Positions 24,911 through 38,000 of a DNA stretch of 64,000 nucleotides are shown here, piece by piece. The position numbers and the translations under genes were made by a program. Every line of letters begins with the position of its first letter. Position 1 is the first letter of the stretch. The notes beneath the pieces are model-generated. The model saw nothing but the letters and a program-made list of their open reading frames with translations, was not told the origin of the DNA and searched no databases. Source of the stretch: Macrostomum lignano (Eukaryota). Location of the stretch: contig NIVC01000205.1 of the NCBI GenBank assembly GCA_002269645.1, forward strand, positions 1-64,000. Direction: 5' to 3'.

Positions 24911-26066
24911 CACTCACGATAATCCTTATATTCAAACTTCTGCTTTTCCTCGTGATCTGCTGTCATGATTGATTTTCGTAATCACTTGCGATTGCACTCT
25001 TCTAATCTCAGAGGGGGAAAAAATTGGTACAAACGGAAGAGCGGTGAAGAGCGATACAAATCAATGTAGTTCCGCTTAAAACCATATCTGGTAAAAATAT
25101 GCCACACGGAGGGGTAGGGTCACCAGCTCTCGATTCTGATTGGCTGCCATAATACTGCAGTACCGCACAGACCAGTGCCGTCCACCCACCCGCAGATATG
25201 TAGTGTTCGAATAGGGAATATGTGTAAATATGCTTGTGTGTGTATGTTATACTGTACCCCTCCCAACCCAGTTCGGACAAATTTTTATTCCCCATTTTCC
25301 CCATCTGGGGTAGGAAAGAGCTACTGCATGGGTAGCGGGAAAGTCAGCGAATATGTTGTTGATGCTGGCGGCACTTTACAGTTGTGCAGACTGACCGAGG
25401 TAAAAATATCGAGGAGGGGGGGGCCTTGGCGTGTGCAGTTCTTACGCGCGCGTGCGTGGACTTCTAAAAATATTAGACATCCGGATTGGATTGCTCAATG
25501 GTAAGCGCATCTGAGTCTCGCACAACAACTATTGGTTGGGCCTCATTATTTTGCACGCCTGTTGTTGCTCAGAAGTCAGCGGAATGGGCGGTCCTCGCAG
25601 CACTCCAGCAATTTATTTGTTTCCTATCCAGACGCATCGATTCTGAACTCCATGCGGGGCACGGGATCGCGGGGGAGGGGGGTTAAAAATTCCACGAAAT
25701 CGGATACAGAGGGGCGGTTTCTCTCTGATGACTAATTGGCGCTTTGCCTCTTCCTCGCGTTCCGTCTCGATCGCTTCCCTCCGGATTGAAATGCGGTGTT
25801 GCAATTTTGTTATAAATTTGGCCTCGGGATGGGCCGCTGCGTCAGTCACTGCATTGGACTGCAGCTCCGGCTGCGGTGGCTCGTATTTTTTGGATACGAG
25901 CTGGAGTGGGGTTTGTCCACCTGGGCACTTCTGTAAGGGTTGCATGCGTTTTGACAAAATCCAGACAGTCCCGTCTGGGTTTGCAAATTGCCATCTGCTG
26001 CGCGAATGCACCGTCACTACGGATTTCTGATTTTATCCTGCATCCCACTGCAGGACTGGGGGCGGA

Positions 26067-26610
<544 letters not shown>

Positions 26611-27046
26611 CTACCAAAGGTCGAATGCACAGGCACAGAAAGGGGATGCAGCGCACAGCTTTGCCATTCCTAGTCCTATACAACCGATCCAGCAGACAAA
26701 AGACAGAGCAATGTTTACATTAACCCTGGCTATAGTAGGCAACCCTAAAGCTACGAAACTATTTACTGGCTAAAAAGAGATCCAGCAAATCGCTCTTATT
26801 TCTGTTTCGTTACAGATTATATAGGTTCCTTAATTTTGATTGACAGCCGGGAGACGGACAGGGTGAATGATTTGGTAAGAGCGGACTTCCTACCAAAGTC
26901 AAGGGACAGTTGATCGGGAGCTATTCAATATTTTCTTTATAAATAAGCGTACTACTGTGCATAATTTACGAACTTAGTACAGTATCCCAATGAAAACTGT
27001 AGTGCAACTGTAGTACTGTAGTGTAGTGATAGAACAGGGCGCCACT

Positions 27047-27363
27047 GCGCCAGCACCAGGGGCGCCAGCACCAGGGGCGCCAGCACCAGGGGCGCCAGCA
27101 CCAGGGGCGCCAGCACCAGGGGCGCCAGCACCAGGGGCGCCAGCACCAGGGGCGCCAGCACCAGGGGCGCCAGCACCAGGGGCGCCAGCACCAGGGGCGC
27201 CAGCACCAGGGGCGCCAGCACCAGGGGCGCCAGCACCAGGGGCGCCAGCACCAGGGGCGCCAGCACCAGGGGCGCCAGCACCAGGGGCGCCAGCACCAGG
27301 GGCGCCAGCACCAGGGGCGCCAGCACCAGGGGCGCCAGCACCAGGGGCGCCAGCACCAGGGGC
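27047..27363. repeat. Perfect GC-rich 15-bp minisatellite GGGGCGCCAGCACCA, about 21 copies
   Basis: Direct reading; no variant units seen. Confidence 0.95.
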
Positions 27364-28153
27364 CTGAGACATACAACGGGCGCGAAATCTATCTAAAAAC
27401 TGTGCACAGTTTTACCAGCCAATTAGGGCAGGCAGCCTGGTTGGCCCCTTGCCTACGCCCTTTGGAACAATTGTTAATAAAATTTCATTGAAAAACAAAA
27501 ACAAGGTCAGCAAACTCAAGTAGCTTCAGACTTGTCTTCGGTTATAAAACCCGTTTTTAAACGCGTTTCTTTTGAATAATATAGAAAAATTGTCCAAATT
27601 CAAACGACCTTCAAACTGGAATGCTTGCTTGCAGTGGGCAGTAAAGAAGAGAGCAATAGTTTTAAAGCACGTTCTAACTAAAGCGATATTATTGAAGTCC
27701 GGGCATACCCCTAGACCCCCATCCCCACTCATTCCACCGCCGCCACCCACCCAGCCTTTCAAAGCTTTTTACAAACCAACCCCACACTGATAGCGCGTCG
27801 TGCCGGGCTAGAATACAGACACGAACGTACATTCCTGCCCCGCAAATGTACATTCAATCTTTATAGTCAGTTTATGTGTAGGGAGGGAGACGAAATGGAG
27901 GAGCCGAATGGGCGTGGGCGTTACGTAAGACTGCAAAGCTTCGCTCGCTCACCCGTGACAGGTTGGATATTTTCTATTATAAAATCTACCGACCTCTTCC
28001 AAAGCTTTGCCCACTATAGGGCAATACTAGATGTGAGAGCCGTCAGTTCCAGCGCGGGCTTGTCCCGTCCGATATTGCTTGCTTTGGCGAATTAAGACTC
28101 AGATTATTGTTAACAGTTATCGCAAAATAATATACTGTTTAAGAATTAATCCA

Positions 28154-29425
28154 ATGGATCCACAGAGAGGTGCATTATCGACTCAAAATAATAACAATAA
28201 CTCTCATCTAATTCAACATCCTACAATCGGCAAACGACCGTCTCGTTTCAAGCCGGTTCGATTCCAGGAATACCGAATGCAATGGGGCGGCTGCTCCAGT
28301 TTGTCCTCGATGGCCATCTCTGTTAGCGACGTGTACGTCCTCGATCCTGAATGTCCAGCACTAGCAGCGGCTGCGGCAGCCACCAAACTGGACGATGTCG
28401 ACATCGACAATCGAAGTAGAATGGCGAGAAACTCGTCACGCCTTCCCAGCGACGCAGAACTCGCCGCTAAAGTGGAGGCCGCAGCCGCCAACGCCGCTGC
28501 CAACTGCGGCTGTCGTCGGAGATTCTGTGGTGACGCCGCTGCGCACCACCAGCGGCATTGGTCAGAAGACGACTGCGACCTGCCCGGTGACAACTATGGC
28601 GTTGGCGACGTTGTTTGGACGCTGCAACCATCGTCTAGTTTTGTCCACGAGACTCGATGCCCGAGACGCTCGACCGCTCGGTTCGGTGCACAGAATCAGA
28701 AGCGGCAGCTCCAGCGAATGCGTCAGCAGCAGCTTCGCTCAGGCTGGGCGAGTCAGACGAGGCCGCTTCTGCTGCAGACGGAGTCGCGACCAAGGGCTAA
28801 TTCGGCGTTTTCAACTGTAGAGACCAGAGCCGGGACATCAAAGCCACCGCCGTCGAGTCCATCTGGGTTGCCGTCACCTCATCTTCAGTCGGAGCTGCCT
28901 GCCCCGCCGCCAGCCCTGGAACAAACGCCGCCAGCACCGCCGCCGCCACCGCCGCTACCGCCACCGCCACCTTCAGACTTGCCGGCTTTGAAAACAGTAT
29001 CGTCAACGACAACTGCCACGACGACGGCTTCGATAACTTCGCCCACTAATTCAGACGAGCCGTCCTCCACGTCTGGTGTTGGCAGCGCGGAGTCGTGCGC
29101 CGAGTCCTGCGTAGCCACTGTTGCTCAAGTGCTGCAGGACGCCCTGTTGGCTGCGGTTCGCGCCGAGACGGAGCCACTGGAGCGTCAGCTAGCCGAGAAA
29201 GACGCCGAAGTGCGCCATTTGCGTCAGGAGTTGCAGGACCGGGACGCCCGTCTGCGACGACTCAACCGGCTGCTAACCTGTCGACGAATGCTAATGCTAG
29301 ATGATATCCAGCAGCATCAGCAGCTGGAAGGCGGGGGCGGTACGGGGCGGTCAGCAGGCAGCAAAAACGGCCGCGGTCGCGTGTCGAACAGCGCCTCGAC
29401 ATCTGCGCTTTCGTCTTTGCTATAA
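28154..29425 (+). CDS. Uncharacterised 423-aa protein with Pro-rich middle and C-terminal coiled coil
   Basis: Long GC-rich ORF 28079-29425, first ATG at 28154; heptad-like LERQLAEKDAEVRHLRQELQDRDARLRRLNRLL. May be the terminal exon of a longer gene. Confidence 0.6.
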   Translation: MDPQRGALSTQNNNNNSHLIQHPTIGKRPSRFKPVRFQEYRMQWGGCSSLSSMAISVSDVYVLDPECPALAAAAAATKLDDVDIDNRSRMARNSSRLPSDAELAAKVEAAAANAAANCGCRRRFCGDAAAHHQRHWSEDDCDLPGDNYGVGDVVWTLQPSSSFVHETRCPRRSTARFGAQNQKRQLQRMRQQQLRSGWASQTRPLLLQTESRPRANSAFSTVETRAGTSKPPPSSPSGLPSPHLQSELPAPPPALEQTPPAPPPPPPLPPPPPSDLPALKTVSSTTTATTTASITSPTNSDEPSSTSGVGSAESCAESCVATVAQVLQDALLAAVRAETEPLERQLAEKDAEVRHLRQELQDRDARLRRLNRLLTCRRMLMLDDIQQHQQLEGGGGTGRSAGSKNGRGRVSNSASTSALSSLL

Positions 29426-32049
29426 TATTTCTTTTATTATAATCAAATTTAAGTCGCGGGATTCACGCGGAGTCGCGACTAAAATGCAAGTTTTAATTGC
29501 CCCTGCCTGTCATTATATTCCTCGTCTTCGCCCTATCACTCCATCCTAATTTCTATTTGGAATATGTTATTTTGTATTATCAAATGTAATAATACAAGTC
29601 CGTTTATAATGATTGCATGAAAAAAAGTAGTTTTTGGATAAATCATCTTGCTTTTTTTTAAAAAGTTTACATGTATCGTTCATGAGCAATCGTGGTTTGG
29701 AAAGATATTTCCAAGAGGTGCTTCATCATCTTTTGTATGAATTTAAAATATACACCTGCGACTGAAATAAATCGTTTATAAGTTTACCAGCCAATATGCC
29801 AATTCATAGTGGTGTCTGCAACAAAAAAGGATTTCTAAATATTTTTTTAATTTTCACGCACTTTTCAGGTACATGTACACTTTACATGTACACATACAAA
29901 GTATGTACATATACATTTGTATTGTAGTTGGATTCATTTTAAAAACCATTGCATTTTCATTTTTTAATTAACTGGCTTTACACAGCACCCAATAAATATT
30001 TATGCGATGATTCTACCTAGGATACGGCCAGAATTCAAGATCAATACATGTACATGTAAATAACATTACTGTGATTTTTAAATGACAGGCCTATAGTACT
30101 AAGGTGTAAATGTGCATAACTGGATTCACTTATAAAGTAATAAAGCGATGCTTTTTAATTCGTAGCAAATCATTTAATGTTTGTATTTTTTGCAATGATT
30201 TTTCATAGTAAATTTGGGATGAACATACGAGCGAGTTTCCGAGGCAGTACGTAAACGAAAACACAACGTGTAAAACAAACTACGAGCGTATTTTTTTACA
30301 AAAAAGTTACTGAAGCTATTTTCTACAACCTAAGCAGAAGCTATTTTATGCTGAATAATAAATAGTACATGCTTGAATCTATAATAATATAGTATCAATT
30401 GTGTATGCTTATGAAACTGATTTTCAACATTCATTTTTTTCGTTTTCTGTGTGCTACTACTACTTGAAGCCGTAAACTTGAAGTCGTGAAAAGCTATTTT
30501 AGGATTGCAAAATGAACTCAGTTATTAACTGGCCTAAAAACGTTATCCTAAATAAATGTTATATATATATACATTTTGTAAATTTAAAGATTTTATTCAC
30601 CAACTGTATCACTAACAAACGTATCCTCATTCTCATACATTTGTTTAACTGGAAGTAATCTAGTTGGAAAAAAACGATGTAAGTCCATTTAAAAAGCGAG
30701 AAAGTAAAGCTTGCCTTTAATCGTGATCACCAGTAGAAGTGTAGTTACTGTGTTATTTTTACTGTATTAACATAGTGTATAGTTTTTGCTGTATAGTAGC
30801 TAGCATTCATTAATTTTCGAAACTGCTTTATTTTGCTTCAGCTTGTATACTTTATTAATTGAACACAGCCATGGCGACACTAGAAGATCTGCGAAAAATC
30901 AATCCGTGCAGGGTGTCAGCAGAGAACGTGAAATCCATAGTAGAGCGAATCAGTGATTTAAGGGACTATAATTGCGCCACAAAAATCTTAATTTCTCTCT
31001 CGATATTAAAATGCTTTTAAAACTTAAATCGGGTCTGGCAATTTCAGTTCGACCCCGGCTACATGGACGTCGACGGTGAGGCCGAGATGGTGCTGAACCT
31101 CTACGACGCCATCATTGACGCACAAAAGACGGCGCATGAGCGTTTGGAGAAAAAATGAGGGATCTGGAGACGACACTTCATGATTTGGAGAAGGAGAATC
31201 AGTGCCTGCGGCGGTCGGCAAGTGATCGAGGATTGGACGCTGACAAGGAGCTCGGGCTGCGTAACGAGAATGAGAGGCTCAGCAAAGAGGTTGAATACTT
31301 GCTGAACGAAATCCGAAATAAAGAGATAACCGTTAGCAAGGTTTGTTTTGATGATGCGGTGCGATTTTAAACAAAACAATAAAAGGGTTAAAAATGACTT
31401 GATATGCCTTCAGTGTGCATGCTTACAAGGCAGTCGACATTTACTCTACATGCATAATGCATTAGGGTATTAATTGCAGTGACAGTTGGGTATCAGGAAA
31501 ATCAAGTGAATGTAAAATAAAAACTTGTAGCAGTCTATTGTCGTAGTAGTGTAGACCCACGGACTACTTAAGTAGACTATCTTAAGACTATCCTATCTAC
31601 CCACGGACTATCTACTAGTGGTCCTTGTGTAGACCCTGTCATTTTTGCCACGATCACCCCCTCTAACAGGTAACTGGAGTGGACAAAGACGAACAACCAC
31701 ACAGCCTGGAGCAGAAACTGTCCGATATGGAGATTGAGAACCGCTGTCTCCAAAATCGCATCTATAGTCTCGTTGAACGAATCGATCGCACAGAGAACAG
31801 CCAGGAAACCAAAAACACTATCAGAGACCTCAATCGAAAAGTTCGCCAACTGAAAGCTGAACTCGACTTGGCCCTGCAGGGTAAAGCTGAGCTGCAAGAG
31901 AAACTTGAAAAAGTCCAAAAAGAGCAGCTGGATGGAGCTGCTGAATACGAAAGCTTCTGCTCTCGTTACCAGGACATGAAGGTAAGATTGAGGATTGGTT
32001 AATCCGAGAAAGGTACCGGTTTTCGCTGATTAGTGAAAATAAATTCACT

Positions 32050-33176
32050 ATGTCACGTGCCAGCCGACGGCTCCGTGGCAGCTGGTGCAGATCGACATCA
32101 AAGGGCCGCTTCCGCGTACGACTGATGGCAAGGCGTACATCCTGAGCATGTGCGACGCCTTTTCCAAGTGGATGGAGACGGCAGCCCTGGCGGCGATCGA
32201 CGCGGTGACGGTGGCGGATGCACTGCTCAAGTCGGTGGTTCTGCGTCACGGCGCTCCTCAGGTGCTGCACAGTGACCAGGGACGACAATTCGAGAGCGAG
32301 GTGTTCGGCCGGTTCTGCGAGCAGCTGGGCGTTGAAAAGACGCGCACGTCGCCGTTTCATCCGAGTGGCAACGGAATCGTCGAGCGAGGCAACCGGACGC
32401 TCGGCGATATGCTGGCGACGACGGTGGCGGAGAACCAGCAGGATTGGGACAGCAAGCTTCCGTATGTGACCTGGGCCTACAACACCGTGCACAGCACCAC
32501 CGGCCTCAGTCCGTACCAGGTCCTCCACGGCTGGCCACCGAGGCTGGATCTCGACAGCTGGCTGATAAGCGGCGACCAGCCGGCAGCCGACGGTGGACAT
32601 CACGGCTTCCTGCGGCGGACTCAGGAGAAACTGCAGAGCGCTTTCGACACGGTGCACGGCCGACTGCGGAGCGCCCAGGTCGAGCGCAACCGACTGGCCA
32701 ACCAGGACTCTCGGTTCGTGCCGTTCGAAGAGGGCCAGCTCGTGATGCTGCGCAACTCCGTCGTCAAGCGCGGCCAGACGCGGTGCCTGAGCGCCAAGTG
32801 GAAGGGGCCGTACCGAGTCCTGAGGCGCCTGGGCGAGGTCAATTACCGCATCCAGGACGAGACCGGCCGCAGGCGCCGGCTGGTGGTGCACCACGACCGC
32901 CTCAAGCGCTTCGTGCAGCGGCGGGCGTCACTGGAGCTTCCGGCCGCAGCAGACCACCAGCCGCCGGCCGCCGACTCCGACAACGACGGCACCGCCGCTG
33001 AGCCCCCCGGGCAGGCGGCCGATCCTGGCGGCGATGCAGTGACCTTCTGGCCCGAGCTGCAGGCAGACGAGGCACCCGAGGAGCAGCCGGCGGCACCGGC
33101 CGAGCCGGTCACGGTTCCCCGGCGGTCGGCGAGAGAGCGGCGGCCACCTGACTTGTACATGGCGGGCTTTGCTTGA
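32050..33176 (+). mobile_element. Ty3/Gypsy LTR retrotransposon integrase (5'-truncated pol)
   Basis: DDE motifs QIDIKGP, HSDQGRQF, NGIVERGNRTL, and GPY/F motif KWKGPYRV in ORF 32085-33176. Confidence 0.9.
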
Positions 33177-33197
33177 CTCTGGAACTGTCTTTTGCTT

Positions 33198-33407
33198 CTA
33201 GGGGAAAGTAGTGTAGTCTGGCTTGTTGGTGCGCGTGCACTTAGATGTGCACGTCTGGCTGTTTTGGGGGTTGGGGTTTAGCGCTGCAGCGTGTGCGTGC
33301 TTAGGGTGGTTACACCCACCCCAACTTTGGCATTAAATATATTGGCGTGAGCCAGTGAAGTCTCCTCACGTTTTGTTATTCACTGCAATTCAACCCACGG
33401 TCTTACA
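33198..33407 (+). mobile_element. Polypurine tract plus 3' LTR (33212-33407, about 196 bp) of the Gypsy element
   Basis: AGGGGAAAGTAG followed by TGTA...TACA; ATTAAA signal inside. Confidence 0.7.
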
Positions 33408-34780
33408 CTGCATTTGCGCATACTAAATGCGCGAGAAATTAAATTTCCTTACCGGCCTGTGGCGATCAAGTCTAAAAAAATCGAGTAAATATAGCGTCCT
33501 AATCTACAATACTTTAGGTGTCCAATCTGTCCATGGATGATTGCAGTAAAGATGGAATTCAGGAAAACCAAATCGACGTCTGGCCGACTTTCCCGATGTC
33601 TATCGACGTCGATGACAATTATCTGCTTTTACATTACATCGACGGATAACGTCATCATATGTCGGCTGAACGTCGATGCAACGTAAAAGTACATATTTGT
33701 CATAGAGGTCAACCAGCATTACAACAACCACAACACATTACTATATTCTCGCCAACAACAGGCCTCTGTAGACGAGAAGGACAAGCTGGTGACAAATGCA
33801 ACTGGTCGAATCCAAGTGCTCAATCTGCAGGTTCAGCAGCTTAAAGATGAAATCGCTATACTTCGCCGAGACAACAACGAACTACATGTACAGTAGCTAG
33901 CTAGCTAGTGAACGAAAAGGTGGAAAAGTGGCGCAAACACCTCGCTGACAAGGACGCCGAGTTGTCCGAAGCTTCACCCAGGTCCATTCGCATTTAGGGG
34001 AATAGTATTGATTGATTACGCACGTTTTTATAGATGTACATGTGTTATGTACAAATCGATATACAAATCGGATTTATATGTGCAATACGCAATCCAAACT
34101 TATGATACATATATATCCGAGGCATACTAGGACCTCCATACAATATACAGTTTAAGGACTTTCTCGTCTTGTTAATGCGCGCCAACGAAATTTTTAGAGC
34201 TATTATTTGACGTTTTTGAACCTGTACATGCAGTTTTGAGACCGACGGTTAATCTAATTAATCATGTTTCTATCAGCAGGGGTGTTGAATCTATTGATAC
34301 TTTTACTGTAAACTGTACGTACATCAAGGTAAAAGCACGTGAAACAACTTTTCTTGAGAAATTTTAGGAGGCAGTAGCTTCTGTCGGAAAAAATTATGCA
34401 TGTTTATTAAGGATCGAATTAGAAATGTTTCACAGATTTTTTAGCAAAAAAATTATTGATTTTTTGAGGAGGCAGACTGGCCTGTGTTCATCTTTATTAT
34501 GTCTTGCCTTTCTTTATAGCTCAGCTCTATTGATATTCATAGAGCTATTCGTTTAGAAAAGCTAATTGTTGTCGGAATAATACACATGAATTATTTTATT
34601 TGGAGTCGTGGGTCCTGCGCTTTAGGCTACTGATTTCTTTCTGATCTATTTTCTCTATCATGTGGATATTGGTTGAGTCGGTAGTTCGATCGCTGCCACC
34701 AGGTTCCTGACGTTCCTTAATCCCTAGTATAAGAGGTTAACGAACTGAGACAGGAATCCTAAGAGATGTATATATTCTAG

Positions 34781-35060
34781 AGGGGGTGCTTTCACAAGGT
34801 CGAAATTTCACAACGTAGAAAACTCTAGCAAGAGACTTCAAGGTCGAAATTTCATAACATCGAAAACTCAAATAGCAGGCACTTTCACAAGGTCGAAACT
34901 TCATGAGCTCGAAATTTCAAAACGTCACGGTATTTGCACGGTTACCGTGAGTACTACTGAAGACCATGCAGTAGTTTTCTACGTTGTGAAATTTCGACCT
35001 TATGAAGTCTCTTGCTAGAGTTTTCGATGTTGTGAAATTTCGAGTTTGTGAAACCCCCCT
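34781..35060. mobile_element. MITE/foldback, 280 bp, about 85-bp imperfect TIRs with internal subrepeats
   Basis: AGGGGG..TTTCACAA..TCGAAATTTCACAAC at both ends (inverted); flanked by direct TCTAG (34776-34780 and 35061-35065). Confidence 0.8.
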
Positions 35061-38000
35061 TCTAGAGACGCAAAACAAATAGAAGAAGCATGCAATAGGT
35101 TTTACAAGTACTATTCACTCCTATGTGCGAGGTATAGTAATTCAAGCATTGACTGCCTTTTGCACTGTTACGGACATATGAGCTAGACTTGAGGTAACCC
35201 GGGCTGCATGAAAACACCTTTGCGACCCCTGGGCTCTGGCGCTGAAAGGAAATTAAGATCCCATTATCTAGACAGCGGCCGCCCGGGTTGTTTGAAGGTT
35301 CACGCCAGAGGCGCGGGCGTGATATTGAAGGTCGTGAATTGTCCTTTAGCTCCGTTACCAAGCAACCCTGATGAAGTCACACGTCAGCCGCGCTGCGATT
35401 GGACGAGAAATTGGGGTGGGGCACAGCGTAAAAAAATGATTAATGATGTGGGATCGCGTAACAGGCAGGAAAAAGCTTGGGGAGATAGGGGGTCGTAAAA
35501 CTGTCATATGCATGAATGATTTCAAACAATAGAAAGCTCGTCTGGTTGGTGCTCGGGGGAGGGGGGTGGGCGATCGGAGTCATCGGAGTGATTCATCGCA
35601 ATGAGTCATCATGGGGCGCGGGATCATCACAGAGAAAGAATTAAGGAGGCGGTGCGCAAAAATTAGTGCATGGGGCCCAGGACGTGCCTACATCAGACTA
35701 CTACCTACCTGTAGCATTTTTACGTATTCCTAACTCCCAGCTTATTCCCAGTCCTTAAACTATCCTATTTGGGTTTTATGTCTTCTAAGTCAAAACTGAC
35801 ACGTGACACACTGCCTCCAGACTGGGCCGAGACCTTTTCTTCCCGAGCTTCAATCAAACTGCTCGATACATATGCTCGTATAATTAAAGGCACTCCCCAA
35901 CAAAAACAACAACAAAAATATTCAGTCAGCGTCACAGGGTGCGCCTGCCTGGTCGGGGTACGAACGCCACGCCGCTGGCCGAATCCGGGGCGCCGGCGTT
36001 AGCCAGCACAGGCAGTCGACGAAACGCCGAGTGCCGGCCTGCCCCCGCCGGTAGGGTGCCTGCAGCGTCAGCAGCAGCACCTCATCTTGCACCGGCTGTG
36101 GGCAGTACGTCTCGGCGCGGATGATGTGGCCCGCCATGCAGCTGCAGTCGCCGACGTCGCAACAGGTCTCTTGGACGGAAGGCCGGCGCGGTGATACAAA
36201 TCCGCGCTGGTCACTCATTCGTAGCCGATCTTGAAGGCGGCGCGCGGCAGGCCAGTGTGCATCGCGTCGCAAACTTGTTGCTGCAGTCAAACATTTACAC
36301 GCTTACATAGTTAGCTAGATCTTTGCATGGCATATGTATAACAGCTTTAGAGGGTTTCAGTTGATAGGATGCCAAAATTCCAGAGTTTTATGATCCCTGT
36401 ATTTTGCAGTCCATACCATAGTTTTATAAAATCTAGCAAAAAGTGTTAAAATCCCTGACATTGGTAAATTAATTTGCGACATTTATTTAATTTGCAGAAT
36501 TGACAACTGGTAGTAGACCCTTCAGCAGCATCTCATCTCCAAGCCTGGGGATCTCAGCAGGCGGAGTCTACTATCTCTAAAGATTTTTAATAACCAGATA
36601 GTTAGATTTGCAAAATCACTTTTCTGTCACTTTGTCATTCGATCGCTTTTCTTTTTTGTGAGTGAGCACTTATTTGTAATGCTAACAAAAAAACACTATT
36701 CATCTTAGTATTTTGCTTATCCAAGTAGTACGCTACAAATCTCAAGCTACTTTTTAGCACACAATTGGACTACTCTAGGCTGTAAAGAAAACTTTTTGTT
36801 ATAATGTAGCGTACTTTAATAACTTTCTCGAAATTTCGTTAGATTTCTAAAGTCAAAAAGATTTATATTTCCAGAAACTTCTTTAAGTTAGCATCCTATC
36901 TATAACATACGCACATAAATAGCAAATAATTAATTATTACTTAACTGTTAATATTCTACTCGTATTTGCGTAACGTATACAATTAAGTGTTTAATCGCTT
37001 TGTTAAGATGCGCTCAATCTTTCTAGAAATTTCCGGAAGACAGTTACAAATCTATAAATATACGGCGACGGCAGTGACACGAATCACCTTCCCCTTGTTT
37101 TCTCTTCGATCTGATTTCCGTTGATAAACTACCAAATGAACCACCGCCTTGCTCTTAGTCAATAACAAAATTAAAGAAAAATCTACAATAATACGCAAAC
37201 ACTTTAATTTGGGGAAATTTAAATTTTCCGCCGACTGATGAGCGCGGCCCGGAACAATTAAGTAGGCCCTACTCGCCCTAGTAGGTCGGAAAAGAAGAAA
37301 ACCTCTTCTAATCGAATGCGCCAACATTATATCAATGAAACTGAGTTCCTTTAAGGTGAGAAAATACACTGTAGTACACACATCAATAAGTAAAAAATCA
37401 ATGTCTGAAAATGCCTATGAACAGACGCAAGGTTTCAAGTGCCGCTTACATTATGCTTAACCTTATCGCATTACTAACATCACATCACATGCAGCCATGC
37501 ATGAGTTTTTTTAATGTTGATTTTTAATGCCTTATCTGTAATATAATTATAAAATATTGTAGCCTAGGCCTAGGCCTTAGCTTAAAACAATAACAGAATG
37601 TAAAAAGCTTTAGGCCTCCCGAGTTTATGTAATGCCCTATATTGTGTGGATCAAACTGACAAACTTCCAAAATGTCTAGGACTTTTTGAACTTTAGCAGC
37701 GTTTAGCCTAGGCTTAACTGGCTTTAGGACTAGTACTAGGTACATGGGGCCCTTATTTTGTGAAATATTTAATAGTTTGATAGTTTTAATTATTAATTTG
37801 ATAGATAGGCCCTAGTTAAAGCCGTGGCTAGGTCCCTAGCCTTAGTATCTATAAAATGATAGGCAGTTGTTATTGTAGCGAGACATTTATTTTTACAGTC
37901 AACACTTAAAATGCCATTGAAGTGACAAACTTGCTATGTAAATACTAAGATGGTTAAATAAAAAAATAAAAAAACTTAGTATTAATAAATACGATGGTAA

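Larger units (their letters stand above)
30871..33981 (+). pseudogene. CEP290: CEP290 N-terminal fragment (four exons: about 30871-30950, 31048-31340, 31670-31981, 33762-33981) with frameshifts and a stop
   Basis: Spliced read ...YESFCSRYQDMK|ASVDEKDKLV...LQVQQL...VNEKVEKWRKHLADKDAEL aligns by eye with CEP290 ...MTDEYNRMKAIVHQTD...LQVQEL...VNAKVEEWKLILSSKDDEI. Frameshift in the A-run 31150-31155, TAG at 33894-33896 plus a (TAGC)n frameshift. Exon 1 boundary uncertain. Confidence 0.7.

Noticed and set aside
25290-25400. P-loop/kinesin-like SPSGVGKSYCMGSG on the plus strand
   Set aside because: Lacks the first Gly of Walker A, has no supporting neighbouring exons, and the nearby exon-like segment 26817-26875 is out of phase; too weak to call.
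25480-25520. tRNA-like GGATTGCTCAATGGTAAGCGC
   Set aside because: Only an A-box-like half; no B box or cloverleaf follows.
25613-26017. 134-aa minus ORF with a charged helix
   Set aside because: No splice or homology support; not reported as a feature.
26952-27376. GAPAP/PGAPA collagen- or elastin-like ORFs
   Set aside because: Perfect DNA repeat with no synonymous variation, open in most frames, and no convincing gene context.
31830-33160. Overlapping antisense and alternate-frame ORFs over the integrase
   Set aside because: Shadow ORFs of GC-rich coding sequence.
32050-33407. Ginger-type DNA transposon (TGT termini, Gypsy-like integrase)
   Set aside because: A PPT followed by a TG...CA LTR is present and the ends are not matching TIRs; a truncated LTR element fits better.
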